The notes under the pieces are model-generated. The model was not told the DNA's origin and ran no database searches. It was given only the letters and a program-made list of their open reading frames with translations. Of a stretch of DNA of 64,000 nt, positions 41,300 to 53,043 are shown one piece after another (within the stretch, counting starts at the first letter, position 1; every line of letters begins with the position of its first letter). The stretch is from Escherichia coli (GTDB lineage Bacteria; Pseudomonadota; Gammaproteobacteria; Enterobacterales; Enterobacteriaceae), in the NCBI RefSeq assembly GCF_003334785.1, contig NZ_QOWV01000001.1. One strand, written 5' to 3'. Position numbers and translations under genes: made by a program.

Positions 41300-42220
41300 T
41301 TAATTCAGACGAACCGGCATCCCGGAGCGGTTTTTAATCGCTTCATCAAGAACAACCTGGTCAACATCTGGCTGACCGGTCACTGTCTGCACGCTCTTCG
41401 TCAGGGTAATTGGCACAATTTCCTGACCTTCAAACTGGGCTTCGGTGGTAGACAGCGGGTTATGGACTTCAATATAACGGCTGCCGTCTGGCTCGGTGGT
41501 CGCTTTTACCGGCTCATCAATAAACTGTACGCGGGTACCGACCGGTACTTTCTCGAACAGGAATTTGATGTCTTCGTTACGCAGACGCACACAACCATGA
41601 CTTACACGCAGGCCGATACCGAAGTTGGCGTTGGTGCCATGGATAGCATACAGGCGACCGATATAGAGTGCATACAGCCCCATCGGGTTATCCGGACCTG
41701 CCGGAACGACAGCCGGAAGCGGTTCGCCCGCAGCGCGGTACTCTGCGTGCATTTTGGCGGTCGGCGTCCAGGTCGGGCCTGCTTTTTTACGCTCAACTTT
41801 GGTGGTCCAGTTGATAGGCGTATCTTTGCCTAACTGACCAATGCCGATCGGCAGCACGATAACGGTGTTGGTCCCTTTCGGATAGTAATAAAGACGCATC
41901 TCAGCACTGTTAATGACGATGCCTTCATGAACGGTATCCGGCAGGATCAGCTGCTGCGGAATGTTCAGTACAGTACCGCCTTTCGGCAGGAAGGTATCCA
42001 CACCCGGGTTCGCTTCCATCATATTGGAAAGCCCCATCTGGTACTCGGCGGCAAAATACTCCAGCGGCTGAGTGTTACCTTCAGGAATGGTGATCACCTG
42101 ATTCTGACCAACCAGGCGACTCCCGTCGGTTGGCAGAGGATAAGTTACCGCAGAGGCGGTACTGCAAAAGCCGACAACAGCGAAGGCCGCTGCGAATAAT
42201 GTTTTCAATTTCATATTCAT
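41300..42220 (-). CDS. ldtB: LdtB (YbiS), L,D-transpeptidase (306 aa)
   Basis: ORF 41300..42220 minus; signal peptide; YkuD catalytic motif SHGCVRL. Confidence 0.95.
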
Positions 42221-42438
42221 GTTAAGCGAGATTTTGTGCCTGGCAGGCCATTGGGTTGAGAATATTAGAGTATTGGAAGCGCATTATAAGTTCATTCCAG
42301 CTCACAGTGAAATCAGATGTGTACGAAATCACATTTTTTGCCTTTGGCTTGAGTGTAGACCTTAAGCGAGGAGCAGGATCTTCTTTCAGACTTATGGCAT
42401 AATGCGCGGTTTGTCATATCTCTTTTCAGGATACGCCT

Positions 42439-44031
42439 GTGTTAGTTTCCAGTAACGTCACCATGCAGTTCGGCAGTAAGCCGTTGTTTGAAAACATTTC
42501 CGTCAAATTTGGCGGCGGCAACCGTTACGGCCTGATTGGCGCGAACGGTAGTGGTAAATCCACCTTTATGAAGATCCTCGGCGGCGACCTTGAGCCGACG
42601 CTGGGTAACGTTTCCCTCGATCCCAACGAGCGCATTGGTAAACTGCGTCAGGATCAGTTTGCCTTTGAAGAGTTCACTGTGCTGGATACGGTGATCATGG
42701 GGCATAAAGAGTTGTGGGAAGTGAAGCAGGAGCGCGACCGCATCTATGCTTTGCCGGAAATGAGTGAAGAAGACGGCTATAAAGTGGCCGATCTGGAAGT
42801 TAAATACGGCGAAATGGACGGTTACTCTGCGGAAGCTCGCGCCGGTGAACTGTTGCTTGGCGTGGGAATTCCAGTGGAACAGCACTACGGCCCGATGAGT
42901 GAAGTTGCTCCTGGCTGGAAGCTGCGTGTGCTTCTGGCGCAGGCGCTGTTTGCTGATCCGGATATTCTCCTGCTCGACGAACCGACCAACAACCTCGACA
43001 TCGACACCATTCGCTGGCTGGAACAGGTGCTGAACGAGCGTGACAGCACCATGATCATCATCTCGCACGACCGTCACTTCCTTAACATGGTCTGTACCCA
43101 CATGGCGGATCTGGATTACGGCGAGCTGCGCGTTTATCCGGGTAACTACGATGAGTACATGACGGCGGCGACCCAGGCGCGTGAACGTCTGCTGGCCGAT
43201 AACGCCAAGAAGAAAGCGCAGATTGCTGAGTTGCAATCTTTCGTTAGCCGCTTTAGCGCCAACGCCTCGAAATCTCGCCAGGCAACTTCGCGCGCGCGCC
43301 AGATTGATAAAATCAAACTGGAAGAGGTGAAAGCCTCCAGCCGTCAGAACCCGTTCATCCGTTTTGAACAGGATAAGAAACTGTTCCGTAACGCGCTGGA
43401 AGTGGAAGGTCTGACCAAAGGGTTTGATAACGGTCCGCTGTTTAAAAATCTCAACCTGCTGCTGGAAGTGGGTGAAAAACTGGCGGTACTGGGTACCAAC
43501 GGCGTCGGTAAATCAACGCTGCTGAAAACGCTGGTGGGCGATCTGCAACCGGACAGCGGCACCGTAAAATGGTCTGAGAACGCGCGCATTGGTTACTATG
43601 CTCAGGACCACGAATATGAGTTTGAAAATGATCTGACCGTGTTCGAATGGATGAGCCAGTGGAAGCAGGAAGGCGATGACGAGCAGGCGGTACGCAGTAT
43701 TCTCGGTCGTTTGCTGTTCAGCCAGGACGACATCAAAAAGCCAGCTAAAGTGCTTTCCGGTGGGGAAAAAGGGCGGATGCTGTTTGGTAAGTTAATGATG
43801 CAGAAGCCGAACATTCTGATCATGGACGAACCGACCAACCACCTGGATATGGAATCCATTGAGTCGCTGAACATGGCACTGGAACTGTATCAGGGCACGC
43901 TGATCTTTGTTTCACACGACCGTGAGTTCGTAAGCTCCCTGGCGACCCGCATTCTGGAAATCACCCCGGAACGCGTGATCGACTTTAGCGGTAATTACGA
44001 AGATTACCTGCGTAGTAAAGGGATCGAGTAA
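42439..44031 (+). CDS. ybiT: YbiT, ABC-F family ATPase (530 aa)
   Basis: Two Walker A motifs ([18 protein letters not shown]), no TM domain; GTG start at 42439. Confidence 0.92.
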
Positions 44032-44038
44032 GTGATTA

Positions 44039-44069
44039 TCCGTCACCCCGATACTGTCGGGGTGACGGC
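44039..44069 (+). terminator. Hairpin after ybiT stop
   Basis: ccgtcacccc-gatactgtc-ggggtgacgg, 8 nt after TAA; no strong T-run. Confidence 0.5.
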
Positions 44070-44091
44070 GGCTGATGACAAATGCAAAATA

Positions 44092-44189
44092 GCCTGATGC
44101 GCTACGCTTATCAGGCCTACGCAGTACCTGCAATATATTGAATCTGCAGGACTTTGTAGGCCGGATAAGGCGTTAACGCCGCATCAGGC
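44092..44189. repeat. REP/BIME cluster between convergent ybiT and ybiU
   Basis: Same two REP units and caatatattgaat linker as at 2061-2158 and 18765-18863. Confidence 0.85.
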
Positions 44190-44271
44190 ATTAACAAAGC
44201 GCATTTGTCAGCAATCTGAGTAACGTCGAATCGATTTTCTTAATCCCACATCAATTCACTTCCATTAATTC

Positions 44272-45537
44272 TCAAACATCCATGCCCAACGCTCGCTTAC
44301 CGTGAATGTTGAGGTCGGCAAGCGTAAAGCGTCCTTCCCAGTTTGTTTCATAGTCCTCGCGCGGGAAGTCGCCCGGCGATGCGCCTTTTTCCAGTGCGGC
44401 CTTCACCTTGTGCGCGTAGGCAAGATTTTTCTCGCACATCGGTGCCGCAGGAATGTACATCACGTTGCCCCAACCTTGTTGATTTTCAACGGGGGCAACG
44501 GAATGGATGACGTCGCAGTGCCACCAGACGGAGTCTCCGGCTTCGAGTTTTGGAATGCTGGTTAACGCCTCAATCAACAGTGGATGCCATTGCTCTGATA
44601 CCGGCAATACTCTTCCGGGCGCTACGCCGCACAGTTCATCCTCCGGCACATCATCAAGCAGCGGACGTAACAGTACGTACGCCATAGCTTCAGGAATGGG
44701 CACGACGTGCAGCAGCCCCTGACCAGGCAGCATATCAGAGAGCGCTGTCCAGCCCTGGAATGTCCGAAACACGGAACATTTGGTGGTGTTGTCCACCGTG
44801 TACTCTTCAACTTCCGTACGATGTGCCGCATGCCAGGGATCATATTGCGCCAGATTGCCATTAAAGACGTTGGCGAAAACGCGCTGATACGCTGGAAGCA
44901 GCCAGCGTTCCAGTGCCCCGGAGTCGGTATGCGCTCCAAGACCTTTGGAGGTCGTTCCGGGCGGACGGCGGCGGATACGGTCAGGGTAGATGACGCTCAC
45001 ATCCGGGTTAAACCATTGCTTTCCATCACTTTCAAATGTCCACAGACGATTGAGAAACGACTGCGCATTCGCCATTTCTTCACTCTGGCGGGCCTGCATT
45101 TGCGCCTGCGACCAGTAGATGGGGTAAATCTCGGGACGTGAAGCGCTGAGCGTCCCGAAGAAATTATCGCCGGGGCCTTTGTAGACCTCGTCAAAGCGGT
45201 TGCGGTCCAGATAGTCCAGCATCGACTGATCCCAGCCTAGCGCTTGTTCGCGGGGGAAATGGCCTTTTATCACCGCACAACCGCGACGTTTAATCTGTTC
45301 GCGCTGCTCTGCAGTAACATGACCTGCTTTGATATCGGCATAAGACAGCACCGGCCAGACGGCATCGCCCTGTGCTTTGAGTGCGTTGATTTCAGCCACT
45401 CGCGTGGCAATGTCATCGCTTAGCTGATTAAAGATCTGCTGGACGTCGCCAAGCTGCGCCCGCAGCGCGTGCTTCATCTGACGGATAGCTGCTTTGTGAT
45501 CGGCAGGCAATGTGTCGCTGGTAAAAGTAGAAGCCAT
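44272..45537 (-). CDS. ybiU: YbiU, DUF1479-family protein (421 aa)
   Basis: ORF 44272..45543 minus; start at ATG 45537 (MASTFTSDTL). Confidence 0.88.
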   Translation of the reverse strand: MASTFTSDTLPADHKAAIRQMKHALRAQLGDVQQIFNQLSDDIATRVAEINALKAQGDAVWPVLSYADIKAGHVTAEQREQIKRRGCAVIKGHFPREQALGWDQSMLDYLDRNRFDEVYKGPGDNFFGTLSASRPEIYPIYWSQAQMQARQSEEMANAQSFLNRLWTFESDGKQWFNPDVSVIYPDRIRRRPPGTTSKGLGAHTDSGALERWLLPAYQRVFANVFNGNLAQYDPWHAAHRTEVEEYTVDNTTKCSVFRTFQGWTALSDMLPGQGLLHVVPIPEAMAYVLLRPLLDDVPEDELCGVAPGRVLPVSEQWHPLLIEALTSIPKLEAGDSVWWHCDVIHSVAPVENQQGWGNVMYIPAAPMCEKNLAYAHKVKAALEKGASPGDFPREDYETNWEGRFTLADLNIHGKRALGMDV

Positions 45538-45660
45538 AACCACCTCTCATTAACTTTCATTCGAAACCATTCTGATTTGCATGTGACAATATAAGTTATA
45601 AATAAGTTAATGCAAGTTTAATGATTTGATGTGATGTACAGGATGTAAAAAGAAGGGAAA

Positions 45661-45681
45661 ACCGGAGCGCACGGCTCCGGT
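45661..45681 (-). terminator. Putative ybiV terminator
   Basis: Hairpin accggagc-gcacg-gctccggt, followed on the minus strand by a T-rich run. Confidence 0.55.
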
Positions 45682-45688
45682 AGAGAGG

Positions 45689-46504
45689 TCAGCTGTTAAA
45701 AGGGGATGTGTTATCCAGCACCGCCTGAATCACATTCAGCGCGCCTTCATGATTATTATCATCGGTAGCGTAACGGGCGATTTGTTTAATGTTTTCCGCA
45801 GCATTGCCCATCGCAAAGGAATAACGCGCCATTTTCAGCATCTCCGCATCGTTACCGCTGTCGCCAATCGCTACCACATTTTGCGGTGACAGATCCCAGC
45901 GTTTCAGTAACCGCGAAATACCGTTTGCTTTATGTAGACCGGGAATAATCAGGTCGATAAAGCCAAAACCACTGGTAACGGGTTTCATAATGCCATCGAG
46001 CGCTACGTGCAGTTTGTCGATCACTAACGGGATTTGTTCATCCGGCAGGTTGAGCGAAAACTTGAACAGTACGTCGTCAATCTCCTGATAATCTTTTACA
46101 GGTTTCAGGCGATGGTAGTGTTTTGCCATCAGTGCGACAAATGCTTCGGGGGCATTTTCGCTGACATATGCACTTTGCAGACCGCAGGCGACAAAATTGA
46201 GTTGCTTATCTTTTAGCAACTCGCCAATAACAATCCGCGATTCATGTCGGGTCAGTTCGCCGTGGAACAACTGCTTGCCATGTTCGTAAACCAGTGCGCC
46301 GTTTTCCGCGACAAAAGAGATCTCATCCTTTAGCTCAGGAAAGAATGAAATAAGCTGGTAATACTGATTACCGCTGGCAACAACGAACTTAATGCCGCGC
46401 TTTTTCAGTTCCTGATATTGCGCCATAAAACGTGGTTGGTTGTACGTTTTGGCGTCGTTAAGAAAAGTACCGTCCATGTCTGTGACGATAACTTTTACGC
46501 TCAT
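45689..46504 (-). CDS. ybiV: YbiV, HAD-superfamily (Cof-type) sugar phosphatase (271 aa)
   Basis: ORF 45689..46504 minus; HAD motif I DMDGTF. Confidence 0.93.
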
Positions 46505-46619
46505 AGGTGTGCTCCTGGCTCGAAAATGAAACCGTAACAGTGTAATAACAATGTGACGCAGAGCACAAATTATATTTCGAATGAAAGTAAGGATGAAATT
46601 GATGATGTGAATGATTTAG

Positions 46620-46640
46620 CCCGGCGACGACGCCGCCGGG
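46620..46640 (-). terminator. Putative ybiW terminator hairpin
   Basis: cccggcg-acgacgc-cgccggg, 10 nt downstream of ybiW stop. Confidence 0.45.
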
Positions 46641-46649
46641 CCGAGGAGA

Positions 46650-49082
46650 TTACAGCATATGTTCAGTACGGGCGATGATATCGTCCTGAGCGTCTGGAGA
46701 GAGCGCGGTGAAGAACGCGGAATAGCCCGCGACACGCACTACCAGATCGCGATACTGATCGGGATGTTTTTTCGCATCCAGCAGCGTTTCGCGGGAAACG
46801 ATGTTGTACTGAATATGCCAGCCTTTATGCACTTCAAAGAAGGTACGCAGCAGGATCATCAGTTTCTGCTTGTCAGATTCGTTCTCCAGCGTTGCCGGAT
46901 TCAGTTTCTGGTTGAGCAACACGCCGCCGAGAATCGCTGCCGTAGGCAGTTTACCCACTGAGCCAATGACCGCAGTAGGGCCAAGATGGTCAGTACCGGA
47001 GGCCGGGCTTGCGCCTTCTGCCAGCGGGGTGTGGGCTTTACGCCCGTCCGGTGTTGCCATAGTCTGCGCGCCAAACGGTACGTTAGCGGAGATTGATGAC
47101 GTACCCGCGTAATAGTTGCCGCCAACCGGACCACGACCGTAGCGCGGATTATGGTACTGTTTCAGTTCGTCGATATAGGTCTGATAAGCGCGAGCCAGCA
47201 GCGTATCGACAGTATCATCGTCGTTGCCGTACTTCGGCGCACCGTTAATCAGCCGCTGACGCAGCTGCTCGTGAGTCAGGCCGTCGAAGTCATCTGCCAG
47301 TGCGGCAGCAAGCTGTTGCTGACCAATCGCACCTTGTTCAAACACCAGTTTCTTCACTGCCGCCAGGCTGTTGCCGAGGTTGGCAATGCCGACCTGCAGG
47401 CCAGAAACCCAGTCATATTTCGCGCCGCCTTGCTTGATACTTTTCGCTCGCTCAATACAGTCATCCACCAGCGCCGAGCAGAGAATATCGTGCACGTTCT
47501 CTTCCAGCATGGTGTCGACGACATATTCGATTTCGATTGATTTGCGGGTGTAGTAACGGATTTGCGTATCCCACGCGTCCATCACTTCATCGAAGTTGTT
47601 GAAGTTACCTGCCGACAACGCTTTTTCTTGTGGCAGGAACACTTTGCCGCTGGTGGCATCATGCCCGCCTTCCAGCGCCGCCAGCATCACGCGGGCGAAG
47701 TTGATAAAGCTCATGCCGGTACAGCGATAGCCCCATTTGCCACCGACGGCGGTTTCTATACAACCAATCGCTGCGTAGTCATAAGCGTCCTGCGGTTCAA
47801 TACCGAGTTTAATAAATTCCGGGATCACGATTTCGTCGTTGTTGAACGCCGGCATCCCGAAGCCGCAACGGATCACCTGTACGCAGGCGTCGAGGAAATC
47901 GTTGCTCATTCCTGCATGGTAACGCACGCTGAGGTTAGGCTGAGTGGAACGCAGGCGACCGCAGGATTCGAGGATCGCGTAAGAGAGTGGATTCACCGCG
48001 TCCATTGGTTGACCATCAACCAGATTTTGCCCGCCAATAGTGACGTTCTGATACAGCGGACTTCCCGCAGAGGCTTTTGAGTGTGAGCCGGAGCGGATCT
48101 TGTTCACTTCCAGCAGTTTCAGCCAGCAGCTATGCAGCATCTCGATGGCGTGTTCGCGATCCAGCGTCTGGTTGAGTTCAACGTCGCGGCGATAGTACGG
48201 GTAGAGATACTGGTCCATACGACCAAACGATACTGAGTGACCGTTAGATTCGATCTGCAAAATCAACTGGATGAAGTAACACAGTTGCAGCGCCTGCCAG
48301 AAAGTCTGCGGCGGCTGGTGGGCGATAAGATCGCAGTTTTCTGCCATCGCCAGCAGTTCATCGCGACGGCTTTCGCGGGTTTCGGTCGCGGCCATTTCAC
48401 GCGCCAGGGCAGCGAAACGTTCAATGTGTTCACTGACTGCCACCAGCACGATATCAATCGCTTTCAGGAATTGCTCACCGTGTAAATCTTCCAGCACCGT
48501 CAGGTTGATGCGCGAGCGACGTTCCGCTACTTTCTCGCGCAGACCATCAAGCCCTTTTTCCAGCAGCAGCGGGAAATTCACCGCCAGGTGCGCATCGCCG
48601 GAGGTCATATTGCCTTCCGCTTTAATGATTCCGGTCGCCAGCAGACCTTTTTGCTCATCGGTAAACATGCCGTAGCAGCGATCCTGTACGGTCTGACCGC
48701 GCCACCACGGGCACACTTCATGCAGAACGCGTTTGTTCTCTTCGCTCACCGCAAAGCCAGCACCGGGACGATCTGCCAGATCATCAATCTCTTTTTCGAT
48801 CCACGAGACAGTATATTCCGGGAAGATCGGCGCGGCGCGAACTTCGCTTGCCTGGTTGCCAATGATCAACTCATCGTGTTTGATCCAGATGGTGCGATTC
48901 GCCAGGTGATGCGCCAGTGCCAGCGCGCGACGTACCGGGATCGGCTTATCGAGATGTTGTTGATACATCTCGGTATAGTGCTGCGCGCGCTCGGTACAGA
49001 CTGGCGGTTTCACAATATGCACCAGCGCATTTTTGTGCGCTTTAATGCGGTCGCTGAGCGTGTCCAGTTTCAGTGTGGTCAT
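46650..49082 (-). CDS. ybiW: YbiW, glycyl radical enzyme (pyruvate formate-lyase-like; 810 aa)
   Basis: ORF 46650..49082 minus; C-terminal glycyl-radical signature RVAGYSAFF. Confidence 0.93.
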   Translation of the reverse strand: MTTLKLDTLSDRIKAHKNALVHIVKPPVCTERAQHYTEMYQQHLDKPIPVRRALALAHHLANRTIWIKHDELIIGNQASEVRAAPIFPEYTVSWIEKEIDDLADRPGAGFAVSEENKRVLHEVCPWWRGQTVQDRCYGMFTDEQKGLLATGIIKAEGNMTSGDAHLAVNFPLLLEKGLDGLREKVAERRSRINLTVLEDLHGEQFLKAIDIVLVAVSEHIERFAALAREMAATETRESRRDELLAMAENCDLIAHQPPQTFWQALQLCYFIQLILQIESNGHSVSFGRMDQYLYPYYRRDVELNQTLDREHAIEMLHSCWLKLLEVNKIRSGSHSKASAGSPLYQNVTIGGQNLVDGQPMDAVNPLSYAILESCGRLRSTQPNLSVRYHAGMSNDFLDACVQVIRCGFGMPAFNNDEIVIPEFIKLGIEPQDAYDYAAIGCIETAVGGKWGYRCTGMSFINFARVMLAALEGGHDATSGKVFLPQEKALSAGNFNNFDEVMDAWDTQIRYYTRKSIEIEYVVDTMLEENVHDILCSALVDDCIERAKSIKQGGAKYDWVSGLQVGIANLGNSLAAVKKLVFEQGAIGQQQLAAALADDFDGLTHEQLRQRLINGAPKYGNDDDTVDTLLARAYQTYIDELKQYHNPRYGRGPVGGNYYAGTSSISANVPFGAQTMATPDGRKAHTPLAEGASPASGTDHLGPTAVIGSVGKLPTAAILGGVLLNQKLNPATLENESDKQKLMILLRTFFEVHKGWHIQYNIVSRETLLDAKKHPDQYRDLVVRVAGYSAFFTALSPDAQDDIIARTEHML

Positions 49083-49087
49083 GGTTG

Positions 49088-49987
49088 TTATCCTCGTAAG
49101 GTCGCGGTTAACCCTTTCTGGCAGGCATACTGCTGGGCAAAGTCGAGCAGTTCTGGCGCATCAAGCGGTTTTTCCGGGGCGTCATAGGGCAGATTAAGTA
49201 AGTGATATTTGTTGATGCCCAGCGTGTGGTAGGGCAGAAAATGAATTTCGCCAACGTGCAGCTCGTCGGCGGCAAAATCGGTAATGGCTTTTACAGAGGT
49301 TTCGTCGGCATTAAAGCCCTGAATCAGCGGCACGCGGATAATGATTTTTTTGCCCGCTGCGGCGAGTTTTTTCAGGTTATCCAGCACTCTGGCGGCGTTA
49401 CCGTCGGTCCACTGTTTAAACGGCGCGTCGGCAACGTGTTTTAAATCGGCAAGAAACAGATCGATATAGGGCAGAGAAGGGGCGATATATTTCCACGGCA
49501 CATGCAGACAGGTTTCTACCGCAGTATGAATGCCTGCCTCGTGGCTGGCTTGCAGTAGCGCCATCGCCATTTCCGGCTGCATAAAGGGCTCACCACCCGA
49601 AAGCGTTAAACCGCCGCCGCTGCGATCGTAAAACGGTTTATCGCGCAGAACGGTCGTCATGATCTCCTCAACGCTTTTCACTTCACCACACACGGTTAAT
49701 GCCTGTGTCGGACAGCAGTCGGTTAACGCCGTCAGATGCTCCGGGGTTAACTTTTCCCGATGAATAAGCAAACCATTCAGCGCGCGCTCAATCACTTCCG
49801 GCGCGGCCTTAGCGCACAGCTCGCAGCCTTCCAGACACAGTCGTGCGTCATACAGCAGATCCTGCGTGCGGGCGCGGCTTTCCGGGTTCTGACACCAGCG
49901 GCAGCCCAGCGAACAGCCTTTAAGAAATACGACCGTGCGGATACCGGGGCCATCATGGGTCGAGTAGCGCTGAATATTGAAAATCAT
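49088..49987 (-). CDS. ybiY: YbiY, glycyl-radical-enzyme activating enzyme (radical SAM)
   Basis: ORF 49088..50014 minus; CSLGCRWC radical-SAM motif and further Cys clusters; start placed at ATG 49987 (GAGAGG RBS), the upstream ATG at 50014 has no RBS. Confidence 0.88.
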
Positions 49988-50117
49988 AGTTGCCTCTCTA
50001 TTTCGTTCAAGCATTAAAATACTTTCGAATGAAAGTTAGATTGATGTGCGTCAACTGTTCAGAGAGTTTTCCCGTGATAGTCTACATTCAGACAAAAAGT
50101 ACATTTTGAGGATGGTT

Positions 50118-50780
50118 ATGGAACTGTATCTGGATACTTCAGACGTTGTTGCGGTGAAGGCGCTGTCACGTATTTTTCCGCTGGCGGGTGTGACCACTAA
50201 CCCAAGCATTATCGCCGCGGGTAAAAAACCGCTGGATGTTGTGCTTCCGCAACTTCATGAAGCGATGGGCGGTCAGGGGCGTCTGTTTGCCCAGGTAATG
50301 GCTACCACTGCCGAAGGGATGGTTAATGACGCGCTTAAGCTGCGTTCTATTATTGCGGATATCGTGGTGAAAGTTCCGGTGACCGCCGAGGGGCTGGCAG
50401 CTATTAAGATGTTAAAAGCGGAAGGGATTCCGACGCTGGGAACCGCGGTATATGGCGCAGCACAAGGGCTGCTGTCGGCGCTGGCAGGTGCGGAATATGT
50501 TGCGCCTTACGTTAATCGTATTGATGCTCAGGGCGGTAGCGGCATTCAGACTGTGACCGACTTACACCAGTTATTGAAAATGCATGCGCCGCAGGCGAAA
50601 GTGCTGGCAGCGAGTTTCAAAACCCCGCGTCAGGCGCTGGACTGCTTACTGGCAGGATGTGAATCAATTACTCTGCCACTGGATGTGGCACAACAGATGA
50701 TTAGCTATCCGGCGGTTGATGCCGCTGTGGCGAAGTTTGAGCAGGACTGGCAGGGAGCGTTTGGCAGAACGTCGATTTAA
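50118..50780 (+). CDS. fsaA: FsaA, fructose-6-phosphate aldolase 1 (220 aa)
   Basis: ORF 50046..50780; start at ATG 50118 ([10 protein letters not shown]); GAGGATGG RBS. Confidence 0.93.
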   Translation: MELYLDTSDVVAVKALSRIFPLAGVTTNPSIIAAGKKPLDVVLPQLHEAMGGQGRLFAQVMATTAEGMVNDALKLRSIIADIVVKVPVTAEGLAAIKMLKAEGIPTLGTAVYGAAQGLLSALAGAEYVAPYVNRIDAQGGSGIQTVTDLHQLLKMHAPQAKVLAASFKTPRQALDCLLAGCESITLPLDVAQQMISYPAVDAAVAKFEQDWQGAFGRTSI

Positions 50781-50793
50781 CCGGACGTTCTGC
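50764..50793. terminator. 10-bp perfect-stem hairpin spanning the fsaA stop codon, between convergent fsaA and moeB
   Basis: gcagaacgtc-gatttaaccg-gacgttctgc; no clear T-run on either side. Confidence 0.4.
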
Positions 50794-50855
50794 ATCCTCA
50801 TAAATTGCTGATGACGTGGCGGAGTGCCGCGTCTTATCAGGCCTGGAGGTGGCAA

Positions 50856-51605
50856 TTACTGCCCACACACCTCACACCCCGGATTACGCATCAGTTTCAT
50901 TTCGCGAAACTGACAGGTCATCGCATCGTACATGACGATTTTCCCGCTGGCCGGTTTGCCATAACCTGCCAGCATTTTGATCGCTTCCATTGCCTGCAAC
51001 GAACCAATTACGCCGATCAACGGTGCCATTACGCCTGCTTCCACGCAGGTTAATGCATTTTCACCAAACAAACGGCTAAGGCAGCGATAGCACGGTTCAC
51101 CGTCCTGATAAGTAAAGACGGTGATTTGACCTTCCATACGAATTGCCGCGCCGGAAACCAGCGGTACCTTCGCGGCAAAACAGCCTGCGTTCAGTTGATT
51201 ACGTACCGCAACGTTATCCGTACAGTCGAGCACCAGATCGTGTTCAGCAATCAATGCTGCAAGTTCTGCGTCATCCAGCAGTGCATTGACTGGCGTAATC
51301 GCGATATGTGGGTTGATCCGCGTCAGGGCGTCACGGGCGGATTCCACCTTCGGTTGCCCGACCGTGGCATCACTGTGCAGTGTCTGGCGTTGCAGATTCG
51401 AGAGCGAAACCGTGTCGAAGTCGAGCAGCGTCAGGTTACCGACACCGGCGCTTGCCAGATACTGCGAGGCTGCACAGCCGAGGCCGCCCAGGCCCACTAT
51501 CAGCACGCGAGAATCTTTCAGCGCCTCCTGGCCGTCAAAATCAAAGCCGCGCAGAATGATTTGCCGGTTGTAGCGCAGCATCTCCTGATCGCTGAGTTCC
51601 GCCAT
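50856..51605 (-). CDS. moeB: MoeB, molybdopterin-synthase adenylyltransferase (249 aa)
   Basis: Nucleotide-binding GLGGLG motif; C-terminal CxxC pairs. Confidence 0.95.
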   Translation of the reverse strand: MAELSDQEMLRYNRQIILRGFDFDGQEALKDSRVLIVGLGGLGCAASQYLASAGVGNLTLLDFDTVSLSNLQRQTLHSDATVGQPKVESARDALTRINPHIAITPVNALLDDAELAALIAEHDLVLDCTDNVAVRNQLNAGCFAAKVPLVSGAAIRMEGQITVFTYQDGEPCYRCLSRLFGENALTCVEAGVMAPLIGVIGSLQAMEAIKMLAGYGKPASGKIVMYDAMTCQFREMKLMRNPGCEVCGQ

Positions 51606-52840
51606 TACAGGCCTCCGAACAACGCGTTAAACGGTTCTACTTCCACCCATTCGCCCACTTCCACATTGCCGCGATCGCGTTCCAGCACGATAAAGCAGTT
51701 GCCGAGGCTAAAGGAGCTAAATATATGTGAACCCTGATGTCCGGTGGTCGTCACTTCCAGTTCGCCATCGGCGTTGCGTTGCAGCACGCCGCGCTGGAAA
51801 TCAAGACGTCCTGGCGTTTTTTTCAGGCGGGACGCTGTGCGTACGCGCTGGCGCGCGGGCAGGCCGCTGGCGGTGTTACCGCTTAGTTTTGCCAGCAAAG
51901 GCTGTACCAGTTGATAGAAGGTCAGCGTCGCTGAAACCGGGTTGCCCGGCAGGCCGCAGAACCAGCTATTGCTGAGTTTACCGAACGCGAACGGTTTACC
52001 TGGTTTAATCGCCAGCTTCCAGAAGGCGATCTCCCCCAGCTCTTCAAGAATCGTTTTGGTGTAATCCGCCTCACCCACTGAAACACCGCCGGAACTGATC
52101 ACCACATCCGCCTGGCTGTCGGCTTCAATAAATGCGGCGCGCAGGGCATGGGGATCGTCGCGGATAATCCCTAAGTTAATTACCTCGCATCCCAACTGTT
52201 CTAACATCAGGTGTACGGCGAGACGGTTGGTATCGTAGATTTGGCCGTCGCCCAGCGGCTGACCGGGCAACTGGAGTTCATCACCGGTAGAAAAAAGCGC
52301 TACACGCACTTTACGAATCACCGGAACTTCGGCAATCCCCAGTGAAGCAATTACTGGCAGCTCTGCGGTAGTCAGGCGAGTTCCCGCCGGGAAAACAACC
52401 GCACCTGCAGAGATATCTTCACCGCGACGGCGAATATTTTGCCCGCTACGCACTTCAGCAGTAAAACGCACGCCATTGTCCATTTGTTCAGTCTGCTCCT
52501 GCATCACCACCGCTTCGCAGCCTTCCGGCACCGGCGCACCGGTCATAATACGAATGCAGGTACCCGCAGGCCATTCACCATGGTATGGCTGACCGGCAAA
52601 GGATTTACCGGCAACGGGCAGCGGTTGCCCGGAGGCAATATCGGCTAAACGCACCGCGTAGCCGTCCATTGCGGAGTTATCAAACCCCGGAACATCAAGC
52701 GGCGAAACGACATCGCTCGCCAGAATACGACCAAAACACTGTACCAGTGGCAGCGTTTCCTGGGCGGTCAGTGGGGTGACGCGAGAAAGCATCTCATTAA
52801 GCGCGGTGTCGAGCGACATCAATCCGGTGGTAAATTCCAT
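51605..52840 (-). CDS. moeA: MoeA, molybdopterin molybdotransferase (411 aa)
   Basis: ORF 51605..52840 minus; 1-nt overlap with moeB start. Confidence 0.95.
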   Translation of the reverse strand: MEFTTGLMSLDTALNEMLSRVTPLTAQETLPLVQCFGRILASDVVSPLDVPGFDNSAMDGYAVRLADIASGQPLPVAGKSFAGQPYHGEWPAGTCIRIMTGAPVPEGCEAVVMQEQTEQMDNGVRFTAEVRSGQNIRRRGEDISAGAVVFPAGTRLTTAELPVIASLGIAEVPVIRKVRVALFSTGDELQLPGQPLGDGQIYDTNRLAVHLMLEQLGCEVINLGIIRDDPHALRAAFIEADSQADVVISSGGVSVGEADYTKTILEELGEIAFWKLAIKPGKPFAFGKLSNSWFCGLPGNPVSATLTFYQLVQPLLAKLSGNTASGLPARQRVRTASRLKKTPGRLDFQRGVLQRNADGELEVTTTGHQGSHIFSSFSLGNCFIVLERDRGNVEVGEWVEVEPFNALFGGL

Positions 52841-53043
52841 GAAAACACTCCTGCGGAGGCAAAATCGAATTTGCCTATTATGTCAGAAAAACGCCACAGA
52901 CTGTATGCCACCTCGGGCGTAGCGCTGGGTCCTGCCTTTACATGCCATATCCATCTTTCTATATTCAAAAATTGAATGAGTAATTCATAAAAATTCTGAT
53001 ATTTATAGCAAAAGTGGCGAACCACCCTTAATGGACGAATACT

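Noticed and set aside
42442-43236. 264-aa minus-strand ORF inside ybiT
   Set aside because: Antisense to an intact ABC-F gene; spurious open frame.
49988-50014. Longer ybiY start at 50014
   Set aside because: The ATG at 49987 has a good GAGAGG Shine-Dalgarno 7 nt upstream and the upstream ATG has none. I remain unsure which start databases annotate.
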